A DNA stretch of 64,000 nt from Minisyncoccota bacterium (GTDB lineage Bacteria; Patescibacteriota; Minisyncoccia; SW-4-49-11): positions 3,230 to 67,229 of the forward strand of contig JAULZW010000012.1 of the NCBI GenBank assembly GCA_032117235.1, given 5' to 3'. The stretch's first letter is position 1. Every line of letters starts with the position of its first letter. Made by a program: the position numbers and the translations under genes. Of this stretch, positions 1-9,491 are shown piece after piece. The notes beneath the pieces are model-generated. The model was not told where the DNA came from. It made no database searches and saw only the letters and a list, made by a program, of their open reading frames with translations.

Positions 1-291
1 ATAAAAATCAAATCCACATTCTCCAATTGCAACTATATCTTCATTAGATAGTATATTCTCCATATCTTGATGGACTAAGTCTAAATCTATTATTTTATAT
101 TCGTGAGGATGAACACCTAATGAAGAGTATAAAAATTCGTAATTCTTAGCTAGTTTCATAGCTAGAATACTATCTTCAATATTAGTACCTACCAATACTG
201 CCTGTATATTATTTTCTTTAAGTTGAGAGCATATATGCTCTCTATTATCATCAAATTCTTTATCGTGTAGGTGACAATGAGTATCAATCAT
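1..291 (-). CDS. tatD: TatD-family metal-dependent hydrolase/DNase. N-terminal part only; the gene continues past the window start
   Basis: The minus-strand translation starts MIDTHCHLHDKEF. The IDTHCHL motif is the TatD signature. The ATG overlaps the stop of the following PBP gene by 1 nt. Confidence 0.65.
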   Translation of the reverse strand, partial: MIDTHCHLHDKEFDDNREHICSQLKENNIQAVLVGTNIEDSILAMKLAKNYEFLYSSLGVHPHEYKIIDLDLVHQDMENILSNEDIVAIGECGFDFY

Positions 292-3071
292 TACTTAATA
301 ATTTTATTGCTAGTTGTAACATTCCCAGATATGTCTGTAGCTTTCAAATAAAAACTAAAGCTTCCAATACCTACTGATGGTTTATAATTATAGGTAAAAG
401 TTTTCGGAGTTATGGTTGGATTTTTTAGAATAACTAACTGCCCCTTAATATCATCATAAAATTCTACCTGAGAGACTCCCTGAATATCCGTTACATTAGC
501 AGATAACACAAAGCCAGATGCAGAATCTCCTGAAACAGTAAAGCTTTCTACCAGTGGGCTAACTGAATCTAATTTTATATTAATATTTATACTAGTTTCA
601 GATTTGTTAAGATAAATATCAAATGCTCTAACTGTTAATTTTTTATCTCCTCCTGAAGGAGCAATAATAGTTTTATTAATCTCACCAGATTCAGTAGAAA
701 GTACAGCTACATCATCCAAATATACATCTACTTGCTTTATACCTTGTGGGGCAGTAACTCTAATATCCAAAGGAACACTATTACCACTAATTGAGCTTCC
801 ATTTGTAGGACTATTAATAACAATATTAGGCTTATTATCATCTGTATAAACCTTGTCTCTGTCATCAGGTATATTTGTAATATATCCTTTAGACCTAGCC
901 CAAGCTAAAACAGGTTTTTCCCAATTTTCAAATTGAGGATTTTCTTTTGGATTTTTTGGCCAATCCCCCAAAATATCATCCAATTTTACATAATATAGTT
1001 CACTGTGTACAGTTTGTACTTCTCTTTCCTCAACTAGTTCTGGAGGTGTTAAATCAGTTGAAATTTTACCAGTAGCTTTATTTATTTTGAATTTTTGATT
1101 ATATTCAAAGCCTCCAGTATTAACCATTGGCTTATTACCTCTTTTAATTTCTGGTTTAGTAAATTGTCCGGGCTTTCTACCACTAGCAATTGCCTCTCTC
1201 ATAAATCTATTCCAAATTGGGGAAGCTACAACTGATCCATCTGCTCCATTTTTCATTGGTTTATTATCATTGCGACCAACCCAAACACCAGCTACTAGAT
1301 TATTAGTGTATCCCACAGTTAGAGCATCTCTAAATTCTTGACTAGTTCCTGTTTTAGAAGCTATTTCTACTCCTGGTATACTAAGATTATTAGTAAATCC
1401 AAAAACTGGAGCCCGAGCATCATTATCAGATAAGATATCTGTAATTTGTCGTGCCACATTAGCATCTAATACTTGCTTTTCATTTTTTTTCCAAGAATAT
1501 AATACTTCTCCTGATGTTTTGGTTACTTTCATTAGAGGATTAATTTGATTAAACTTTCCATCATTAGCAAAAGCGGAAAATGAACCAAAATGTTCTATTA
1601 ATTTCAACTCTGAACCTCCAAGAGCCATAGCTAATCCAGCTTCTCTACCTCTTGAATAATCTGTAATTCCTAGATTACCTCCTAATTCTAATGTGTCTTT
1701 AATACCAGCCAGATATAAAGCTTTCACAGCTGGTACATTCAAAGAAGTAGATAAAGCTCTTCTTATACTAACAGGACCATTGAATTGTAAATTAAAGTTA
1801 TTAGGTTCATAGGGTGGTAATCCTGGAGTTGTTTCAAAATTTGTTGGTAAGTCAAATAAATAAGAGTTGGGATTATAACCTTTAGTAAAAGCTTGTGCAT
1901 AGACTAAGGGCTTAATAGATGAGCCTGGAGATTGTTGAGTTGTCAATACATTTACATTCCCATCATCATCAGTATTAAAGTAATCTTTGGAGCCAACTAA
2001 TGCCAGTATATCTCCATTAGCAGGGTCAATGGCTCCCAAAGCTGCATTTCGAGTGTCATATCTAGATCTAGTTTTTTCAACTTCTTCTTTTACTGTCTTT
2101 TCAGCTATTTGTTGTAAATTCCAATCCAATGTAGTTTGAACTTTTAGACCACCTTGATCCAAAACATCTTCACCAAATTGTTCAGCTAATTTATCTCGCA
2201 CATAAAATACAAAGTGTGGAGCTTTAATATTCTGAGCAAATGGCTTAATAGTCAATTTTTGTTCTTTTTGCTGACTATATACTTCATTATTAATATATCC
2301 TTGTTCTTTCATTTTTAGCAATACCAATTGCTGTCTTGACTCTAACTTATCAAAATTAGCACCATACGGTGAATAAAAAGTAGGTCTTTGAATAATAGCT
2401 GCCATCATCGCAGCTTGATAAGGCTCTATATCCATAGGTTTTTTACCAAAGAAACTCTGAGAAGCTGCCTCTACCCCATAAATATTTCCTCCAAATGGAA
2501 TTTCATTTAGATAAAAAGCTAAAATTTCATCTTTAGAATATTTCTGCTCAATTTGAATAGATAAAATTGCTTCTCTAATCTTACGCATTATAGACTTGTC
2601 GCTAGTTAATAATGCATTTTTTACAAATTGCTGAGTAATAGTAGACCCTCCACCACCAATACCACTACCTGTAATATTCTGAAAAGCTGCTCTGATAATG
2701 GCGGCTGGGCGTACTCCCCAGTGTTTATAAAACTCTTGATCCTCAATAGATATAAATGCTTGCTTTAAAATATCAGGTATTTGATCTTCTGGTATAATTG
2801 TTCTGTTTTCATTCCCAGAAATTTCATATAATAGCTCTTTGCCTGTTCTATCATATATTTGAGTTGACTGAATAATTTTTCTATCATCTAAATTGACAAC
2901 ACTTGGCAAGTCTTTAGATACATAAGCATATAATACTATAAAAGATATTGTAAAAAATCCTAATAATCCTAATAGAATTCTATATGTTATTTTTACCCAT
3001 TTTTTATTCCAAAATGATGGTTGTTTGTAAACCACTTTACTCAAATTTTTGGAATGTTTCTTTTTAGTCAT
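291..3071 (-). CDS. Class A penicillin-binding protein (PBP1A-type transglycosylase/transpeptidase) with C-terminal Ig-like extension
   Basis: N-terminal TM anchor. GT51 motifs (EDQEFYKHWG, RAAFQNITGS, GGSTITQQ). Transpeptidase motifs SPGSSIKP (SxxK) and KTGTS. Confidence 0.85.
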   Translation of the reverse strand: MTKKKHSKNLSKVVYKQPSFWNKKWVKITYRILLGLLGFFTISFIVLYAYVSKDLPSVVNLDDRKIIQSTQIYDRTGKELLYEISGNENRTIIPEDQIPDILKQAFISIEDQEFYKHWGVRPAAIIRAAFQNITGSGIGGGGSTITQQFVKNALLTSDKSIMRKIREAILSIQIEQKYSKDEILAFYLNEIPFGGNIYGVEAASQSFFGKKPMDIEPYQAAMMAAIIQRPTFYSPYGANFDKLESRQQLVLLKMKEQGYINNEVYSQQKEQKLTIKPFAQNIKAPHFVFYVRDKLAEQFGEDVLDQGGLKVQTTLDWNLQQIAEKTVKEEVEKTRSRYDTRNAALGAIDPANGDILALVGSKDYFNTDDDGNVNVLTTQQSPGSSIKPLVYAQAFTKGYNPNSYLFDLPTNFETTPGLPPYEPNNFNLQFNGPVSIRRALSTSLNVPAVKALYLAGIKDTLELGGNLGITDYSRGREAGLAMALGGSELKLIEHFGSFSAFANDGKFNQINPLMKVTKTSGEVLYSWKKNEKQVLDANVARQITDILSDNDARAPVFGFTNNLSIPGVEIASKTGTSQEFRDALTVGYTNNLVAGVWVGRNDNKPMKNGADGSVVASPIWNRFMREAIASGRKPGQFTKPEIKRGNKPMVNTGGFEYNQKFKINKATGKISTDLTPPELVEEREVQTVHSELYYVKLDDILGDWPKNPKENPQFENWEKPVLAWARSKGYITNIPDDRDKVYTDDNKPNIVINSPTNGSSISGNSVPLDIRVTAPQGIKQVDVYLDDVAVLSTESGEINKTIIAPSGGDKKLTVRAFDIYLNKSETSININIKLDSVSPLVESFTVSGDSASGFVLSANVTDIQGVSQVEFYDDIKGQLVILKNPTITPKTFTYNYKPSVGIGSFSFYLKATDISGNVTTSNKIIK

Positions 3072-3100
3072 AGAATTACATTCTAAAGAATTATAAAGAT

Positions 3101-3442
3101 TTATGACACAACTTCTTCTGCTTCAGGCAATATCTCTAATCTTCTTTCATCAATTAACTCCCCGGTATGAATATCTCTTCCATATGTACCATCTTCTATT
3201 CTAGCTAATGCTAGATCAATAGCTGTTAAAGTTTCTTCCAAAGTTCCTTCAACTAAAATATCACGTTCATAATTAACCTGTTCTTGAATATTATCTTCTT
3301 CATCTTCACTAATATTTTCATATTTAACCTCATAGCTAGAACTAAGCTTATCTTTAGTTGCAACAGAATTAAGTTCAGACAAAATTCTATCTTTTTTCTC
3401 TAATAATTTTTTACGATAATAATCTAATTTTTGTGAATCCAT
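3101..3442 (-). CDS. DksA/TraR-family protein, cysteine-free variant
   Basis: Coiled-coil N-terminal region with an acidic tip (EDEEDN). The C-terminus YGRDIHTGELIDERRLEILP aligns with the DksA YGxCxxCGxxIxxxRLExxP pattern, with Cys replaced by D/T. Confidence 0.5.
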   Translation of the reverse strand: MDSQKLDYYRKKLLEKKDRILSELNSVATKDKLSSSYEVKYENISEDEEDNIQEQVNYERDILVEGTLEETLTAIDLALARIEDGTYGRDIHTGELIDERRLEILPEAEEVVS

Positions 3443-3475
3443 ATATTTAATAAGTTATATTTTAATTATATCATA

Positions 3476-4237
3476 TTATAACATAGAAGTAAATATAAGA
3501 CTAAGCGACAATAAAAAAACAAGAGCTACCCTAGATATTATTTTTTTAAAGCTCAATATTCTCCAATATGCATCCCTAAAAATTGAAGCTGAGAATAAAA
3601 GATACATTGTTAGCAAAATAGATTGAGTTAAGTGAGTAAAAGGTAAAATACGCAAACCAATGAATATCTGAGTTATAATCATGGCTCCAATTAATGAAAT
3701 TATAATATAATATTTAGCCTCAATGCTATATATCCATAAAATATATGTAATTATGTTAAAAGCAGAAATAAAAGCAAATATGCTAAGGATAATAGGATGA
3801 ATATTAGTTATAAATATTGAGCCGAATAAATAAGCATATGTAGCAAAAGACATAAATACAATACCTGATAGGACTATTTGTCTCATAATCTCCGATGTTT
3901 TATATTCTTCATTTGATATAATGTCCTGCACAAAAAACAAACTGAAGCCCAATACACTTACAATAATAAACAGAGGGACTGTATCACCTCTAATGACTCT
4001 TGTAAATAAAATTGAGGATATTATAAAATGTAATGGTATTTGATAATATCTAATTTTATTTCTATATAAAAAAAACAAATATACACATAAAATAATAAAT
4101 CCACCCAAACTAAATATACTTAACAAAGGGTATTTAGTTTGTAAAATATAAAGATAAGTTGGAAAAAATATAATCAGGAATAAAATGTTCCAGGTATTTT
4201 TATTATATATAAGCCTTAACAACTGATTATTTAACAT
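3476..4237 (-). CDS. Polytopic membrane protein, unknown function
   Basis: 253 aa with about 7 hydrophobic helices. No recognisable motif. Confidence 0.4.
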   Translation of the reverse strand: MLNNQLLRLIYNKNTWNILFLIIFFPTYLYILQTKYPLLSIFSLGGFIILCVYLFFLYRNKIRYYQIPLHFIISSILFTRVIRGDTVPLFIIVSVLGFSLFFVQDIISNEEYKTSEIMRQIVLSGIVFMSFATYAYLFGSIFITNIHPIILSIFAFISAFNIITYILWIYSIEAKYYIIISLIGAMIITQIFIGLRILPFTHLTQSILLTMYLLFSASIFRDAYWRILSFKKIISRVALVFLLSLSLIFTSML

Positions 4238-4240
4238 AGA

Positions 4241-6061
4241 TTATTTATCAAAATTAATGGATTTACTTTTATACATATCATTTTTTTTACTTTCCTTTTC
4301 CACCATTAAGTTTGATTTTACTTCCACCAAAAGCTCATCAACTAATGAAGATATACTCAGGGTATCTTCTTTAGCAGATTGATTTAAGTCTTTCAGTAAT
4401 TTTTCTTTAATCAAATATTCTGAGTCTCCGTATGCAGATGTAGACCTACTAAATACCTCTTTTAATTTTTTTGCCATTATGGGATTATTAGGTATTTGAG
4501 AAGTGGCTTGTTCTAAATTTATGGTTAAATCTTCTACTTTAGGAGGCTTAGGATTAGGTTGATTGTCTTCAGGAATTGATTCTTTTACTATTTCTATGGA
4601 TTTGATAGGTTGAATATCTAGTGGTTTTTCAACAGATAATTGTTCCTGGATTGGTTTTACTTTTGATTGCTGGGCTTCAAATCTAGGTTTTTGGCCTAAT
4701 GGTTTTTCCTTAGGCAAATTATATGACTTGGATTGGGTTTGAGAAGAATTATCTCGGGATATTGGTTTTTCTGTATGTTCTTTCTGTTCTTCAATAGGAG
4801 CTCCTCTGAGTGAAGACTTAGCATTTCCATATTTTTGACGAGAATATTCAATAATTTTAGCTCTATTGGATATTAACTCTGGTTCTGGATCAGGAAGTGT
4901 ATCAGCGCTAAAAGGCTGACTTGTAGCTCCATCTATCATAAGTTTCAGATATATTTTCCATTTAGGAAGATTGACCAAATCCTCAATAGTAAGAACAGGA
5001 CTAAATTCTCTCTCCATAAATTCAGCATCAGCAGCCCCAATTCTAAATACAATGGTAGTTCCAACATTACCAAATACGGCTCCACGAACAATATCAGATA
5101 ATTGCTCCACATATTGATGGGCTAATATAAGACTTAATCGATATTTACGAGCTTCGGATAAAATTTCAGCAAAAGAATCTGTAGAGAAGTTTTGAAACTC
5201 ATCAATATAGGCATAAAAATCTTGTCTATCTTTTTCTGGAATATCTACTCTACTCATAGCAGCTAATTGCATTTTGGTAATCATCATAGCTCCTAGTAAT
5301 TGAGCCCCCCCTTCACCTACTGCTCCCTTAGATAAGTTCATAATCAGAATTTTTTTCTGATCCATAATTTCTCTTAAGTTAATAGAAGATTTGGCTTGCC
5401 CAATAATATTTCTTATTAATGGAGAGGAAGTAAATTGTCCAACTTTGTTTTGAATAGGAGAGATAGCCTCTACCAATAATTTGTCAGTATACCCATCATA
5501 TTCATTAAGCCAAAACTGTTTTAGTACTGGGTCTTGCATTTTATATACAATATTAGCTCTAAAATTTTTATCAACTAAAATTCTCATTATATCAAGTAAG
5601 GTGCTGTTTTCATTCTCAAGCAAAGTCAAAATGGTATTTCTTAAAATATATTCCAATCTAGGACCCCAAGAGTCAGCCCATATTTTTTTAAATACTCCAA
5701 CTAATCCATCTGAGACAATGTGTCTTTGGTTGATTGGAACATCACCAAGTACATTAAAGGCAATTGGATAATCTAAGTCTTGTGGATTAAAATAAACTAC
5801 ATCTTTAATTCTATCTTCTGGAATATAATCTAATAAAGCATCTGCTATATCTCCATGAGGATCTACAAAAGCAAACCCTGAGCCATTTCTAATATCTGAC
5901 ACTGCCATATTTAAAAGTAAGGATGTCTTTCCCATTCCAGTTTTTCCAATAATATGCATATGCCTCCTTCTATCATCTCTTTTAATTCCAAAAAGCCTCC
6001 CCTGACCATGAAAATTAGTCTTGGCTATTATTGTTATATCTTGACTATTATTATCATTCAT
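4241..6061 (-). CDS. FtsK/HerA/TraD(VirD4)-superfamily P-loop ATPase with long low-complexity K/E/Q/P-rich C-terminal tail
   Basis: Walker A RRHMHIIGKTGMGKTS. Walker B AYIDEFQNF. Arginine finger region EARKYRLSLILAHQ, typical of DUF87/TraD-type ATPases. No TM segment. Confidence 0.6.
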   Translation of the reverse strand: MNDNNSQDITIIAKTNFHGQGRLFGIKRDDRRRHMHIIGKTGMGKTSLLLNMAVSDIRNGSGFAFVDPHGDIADALLDYIPEDRIKDVVYFNPQDLDYPIAFNVLGDVPINQRHIVSDGLVGVFKKIWADSWGPRLEYILRNTILTLLENENSTLLDIMRILVDKNFRANIVYKMQDPVLKQFWLNEYDGYTDKLLVEAISPIQNKVGQFTSSPLIRNIIGQAKSSINLREIMDQKKILIMNLSKGAVGEGGAQLLGAMMITKMQLAAMSRVDIPEKDRQDFYAYIDEFQNFSTDSFAEILSEARKYRLSLILAHQYVEQLSDIVRGAVFGNVGTTIVFRIGAADAEFMEREFSPVLTIEDLVNLPKWKIYLKLMIDGATSQPFSADTLPDPEPELISNRAKIIEYSRQKYGNAKSSLRGAPIEEQKEHTEKPISRDNSSQTQSKSYNLPKEKPLGQKPRFEAQQSKVKPIQEQLSVEKPLDIQPIKSIEIVKESIPEDNQPNPKPPKVEDLTINLEQATSQIPNNPIMAKKLKEVFSRSTSAYGDSEYLIKEKLLKDLNQSAKEDTLSISSLVDELLVEVKSNLMVEKESKKNDMYKSKSINFDK

Positions 6062-6073
6062 AAACTATTTTGA

Positions 6074-7354
6074 TTAACTATCAATAATAGGAAGTCCGAT
6101 TGGAGGGTTAGCTTTTTTAGCTTGAACTCTTTTCAAAGTAGAAGTTGTAACTGATCCTCCTGGGAAATGAAATATTGTTGTCAATTCTTCGGTGTTGAAT
6201 ATAAACTTGGTACTAGCAATTTTTCTTTTAATATAATTATCTAATAATAAAATTTTCTTTAGCCTCTCCAAACCTCTTTGTGGACGATTAAAAAAATCTG
6301 ATACAGATGGAATTGTTTTATCATCTGGTTTAAATGAATTCAAAGTAGAGTCATTGAATTGCTGTAATGCACTTATTACTGATTTTACTGGAGATGGGTT
6401 AAATATTGACTTTGGAGCGATATATATAATCCTAAAAGCAGTTAAGAACCCAGGTTTTGTCATACTAGATTCAATTACCTCAATCATATTTTTTTTACCT
6501 GGAGTCAAATTCTGATCTACTCCAAATTTCTGTTCTTTAGGAGTTGGTGGTTTAGGAGCAGGAACTAGACCAAAAGAAATAAATTCTATAATTGGGGCTA
6601 TATATTTATCTAAAAATGTTCTTTTATCTTCACTACCCCTTTCTAAAATTTTATCTAATTCTTTTTTACTAACTTTTGTCCAAGAGTCATCAAGTGGCAC
6701 AATTGGTAATTGCAACCAAACCTGTTCAGTTGGTTCTATGTTAGACATAACTTCTAAGACTTGGGATAAAGGGTCATTAATTTTCGCATCGATATTAGGG
6801 TCTAAGAATTGTTGATAAGTTCTAATTGGATAAGCATCATTTTTAGACATACCTAAATCCAATCCAAACACATCATATTCTACTTCTAATTTATCATTAG
6901 TATAACCCTTAGTATAATCAGAAACTTCAGTAATCTCAACTTCTGGGAAGGCTGCATATATTCCACTCTCTACCATTTTTCTATATTTGGTATGAGTTCT
7001 AATTAAAAAATGCAAACTTCCTCCAATAGATACCATCTCTAATGAAAACATATCTGGCAAAGCTCCTTCTACATTAGTTTCCCACCAAGAATAGGAAGAT
7101 TGCCCACCGTGTAGTGTAGTCAAAAATTGTTCCATAGATTTAGGTGTTTTTTCCTCACCTTTTTCTAGTACAATCTCTAATAATACAAATTCCAAATTCT
7201 TTGATATCCAATTACCTCTAATATAATCATAATATAAGGTTTTGAGAATTGTCCATAAAATCATAGGTAGCCAGACCCACCAAGTACCAGCTATAGCTTG
7301 AAATAAAAAGAATGGATTATCTATTGATATATATTGACTAATTAGATCAAACAT
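6074..7354 (-). CDS. Hypothetical protein with N-terminal two-TM anchor. Possible partner of the adjacent ATPase
   Basis: 426 aa. The N-terminus (FFLFQAIAGTWWVWLPMILWTIL) is hydrophobic. No recognised domain. It lies immediately upstream of the ATPase on the same strand. Confidence 0.4.
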   Translation of the reverse strand: MFDLISQYISIDNPFFLFQAIAGTWWVWLPMILWTILKTLYYDYIRGNWISKNLEFVLLEIVLEKGEEKTPKSMEQFLTTLHGGQSSYSWWETNVEGALPDMFSLEMVSIGGSLHFLIRTHTKYRKMVESGIYAAFPEVEITEVSDYTKGYTNDKLEVEYDVFGLDLGMSKNDAYPIRTYQQFLDPNIDAKINDPLSQVLEVMSNIEPTEQVWLQLPIVPLDDSWTKVSKKELDKILERGSEDKRTFLDKYIAPIIEFISFGLVPAPKPPTPKEQKFGVDQNLTPGKKNMIEVIESSMTKPGFLTAFRIIYIAPKSIFNPSPVKSVISALQQFNDSTLNSFKPDDKTIPSVSDFFNRPQRGLERLKKILLLDNYIKRKIASTKFIFNTEELTTIFHFPGGSVTTSTLKRVQAKKANPPIGLPIIDS

Positions 7355-7417
7355 AAATATTTATATCTTATATATATAAGTATATCAATTATTATCTACT
7401 TCGTCTACTGAACTTTG

Positions 7418-8557
7418 TTAAGAATTAAAAATAGAAACTATCTTATCATTGAGTTCTTCTCCTACGGTATGTATATCTTTATCTGACACATAATTATAAA
7501 CTAATACACCTTCTTGATACTCACCCTCTAAGTATGATTGCAAGTGACTCATATCAAAGTTGGGTATATTTATATATCCTTGTTTACTACTTTTAGCATT
7601 ATCTACTACTATATGCAATCCTATTATATCTTTTGGTAAATATCTAAATAATTCTCTATATATAAAGATTATATCTTGAGGTTTTGTATGAGTTTTATTA
7701 AAATCATGAGAAAATAGTTTTGAATAGGCATATCGTATATTTTGACCTTGCTTCTCAAAACTTATAAATTCAAGATGAGCTAAAATGCGACCTATTAATA
7801 GCCTTTGTTGATCTGAAATAATAGAGTCTAGAGATTGATTTATAGCTTCATAGTCATTTGGTAATTCTCGTAATGCGATAATTGTTTTTTCTAAAGATAG
7901 ATTTTTATTATTAGACAATACCAGAGATAAAAGAAGTCCATTTACAATATTTTTGTCATTTAGACTGTGTTTAGAATATGCTTTTATATATTCAAAGATA
8001 ATTTCTGCACTAGATATGTATTGATTTTCAATAATTGTTCTTTCTGAGTATGGATGTGGGATATTTTTTGCAGAGACGGCAATAGAAGGAGTTTCTAAAA
8101 ATATATGTGGGTATTGTAAGAAGGTATTACCTAATTGAGTCCAATTCTTAGTGTCTAAAGTAAGTACTAAATCATAAGGATATTTACCTGGTTGAATAGA
8201 AACTAAATCTGAATTAAATTTATTTGAAGATGAGTTTATATAAATTCTCAACTCTTTATCATTGGTATCATATTTGATTGATTCTATTGGATATTGAGTT
8301 ATATCTATACTAATAACAGACTCAACTGAGGCCTGTATGATTGAGGTTACATTGGATAAATCTAAAAAATCAAGCTTATTTTGCAAGTTAACATAAGAAG
8401 ATAAAATAGTTACATTCTTACCTTCTGCTTTTAATAGTGCAGACATTGCCAAAGCTGTACCCAAAATATCTTCTCCTTGTATTGCTGGTACTGGAATTAA
8501 AATTGAATTTGCTTGATGTAGAGTATTATAGATTAACTCTAAATTTTTCTCATTCAT
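7418..8557 (-). CDS. DHH/DHHA1-like phosphoesterase family protein (NrnA-like) with degenerate catalytic motifs
   Basis: Motif I-like segment PAIQGEDILGTALAMSALLKAEGKNVTIL resembles HxxPDGDALGS...GK.V. The size fits. A canonical DHH triad was not found. Confidence 0.3.
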   Translation of the reverse strand: MNEKNLELIYNTLHQANSILIPVPAIQGEDILGTALAMSALLKAEGKNVTILSSYVNLQNKLDFLDLSNVTSIIQASVESVISIDITQYPIESIKYDTNDKELRIYINSSSNKFNSDLVSIQPGKYPYDLVLTLDTKNWTQLGNTFLQYPHIFLETPSIAVSAKNIPHPYSERTIIENQYISSAEIIFEYIKAYSKHSLNDKNIVNGLLLSLVLSNNKNLSLEKTIIALRELPNDYEAINQSLDSIISDQQRLLIGRILAHLEFISFEKQGQNIRYAYSKLFSHDFNKTHTKPQDIIFIYRELFRYLPKDIIGLHIVVDNAKSSKQGYINIPNFDMSHLQSYLEGEYQEGVLVYNYVSDKDIHTVGEELNDKIVSIFNS

Positions 8558-8559
8558 AA

Positions 8560-9489
8560 TTAATTTCTATTATCCCGTTTTTTATACCAAATTCTATAAA
8601 ATACTATTAATAATGGAGATGCAATAAATATAGATGAATATGTTCCAAAGAAAATACCTAAGAATAATGCTAAAGCAAAATATTGAACTGAAGCTCCCCC
8701 ATAAAAAAATATACCACCTAATACGACTAATAATGTTAATGAGGTATTAATTGAGCGAGTTAAACTCTGATCAATACTCTGCCCTACAATTTCTTCAAAT
8801 TTATCTCCACCATATCGTCTAACATTTTCTCTAATTCTATCGAAAACTACTATAGTATCATTAACTGATGAGCCTAAAATAGATAATAAAGCAATTATAA
8901 ATAAAACATCTATTTGTAAGATACCTATATATGATAAATAAGCAAATATAGCAGTTGGTATAATAATATCATGAACTAAAGCTATGATGGCAGTAAGACC
9001 ATAAAATCTTGACGGAACAGGATAGGACACTCCTCTAAACACATAAGTCATAAATAATATTATAGTAATTAAAACTACTATAATAGCTATTATGGATCTA
9101 TTTTTCAACTCTTTTCCTATAGTAGAACTAATAAGTACATTAGACTTTTCCTTAATAATATCAGCTTTGGATATATCCTGAGTATCATATTTTAGAGCTA
9201 TAGATTCCTTTAACTTTGTATAATCTTCATCATTAATAGGGTTTAATTCTATTTCGAATATGTTATCATTCTTTTTTATTGTTCTTGGTTGTTGACCATT
9301 ATCCATTAAAGCTTGTTTTAAGTCTTCACTAGATAAATCAGGCTTACTAGTAATCTCCCAATCTAAAGTTCTACCTCCTATAAAATCTGGACCTAATTTC
9401 AAACCAAATACTAATATACTAGAAATTGAAGCTACAACTAAAGTAAGTCCTAGTATTAACCATATTTTAGTGTATTTTATAATCCACAT
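8560..9489 (-). CDS. secF: Protein translocase subunit SecF
   Basis: About 300 aa with the 6-TM SecF architecture. It lies directly downstream of secD. The hydrophobic C-terminal half is conserved. Confidence 0.8.
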   Translation of the reverse strand: MWIIKYTKIWLILGLTLVVASISSILVFGLKLGPDFIGGRTLDWEITSKPDLSSEDLKQALMDNGQQPRTIKKNDNIFEIELNPINDEDYTKLKESIALKYDTQDISKADIIKEKSNVLISSTIGKELKNRSIIAIIVVLITIILFMTYVFRGVSYPVPSRFYGLTAIIALVHDIIIPTAIFAYLSYIGILQIDVLFIIALLSILGSSVNDTIVVFDRIRENVRRYGGDKFEEIVGQSIDQSLTRSINTSLTLLVVLGGIFFYGGASVQYFALALFLGIFFGTYSSIFIASPLLIVFYRIWYKKRDNRN

Positions 9490-9491
9490 AA

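Noticed and set aside
5481-5771. 96-aa plus-strand ORF
   Set aside because: It is antisense and fully inside the well-supported ATPase gene.
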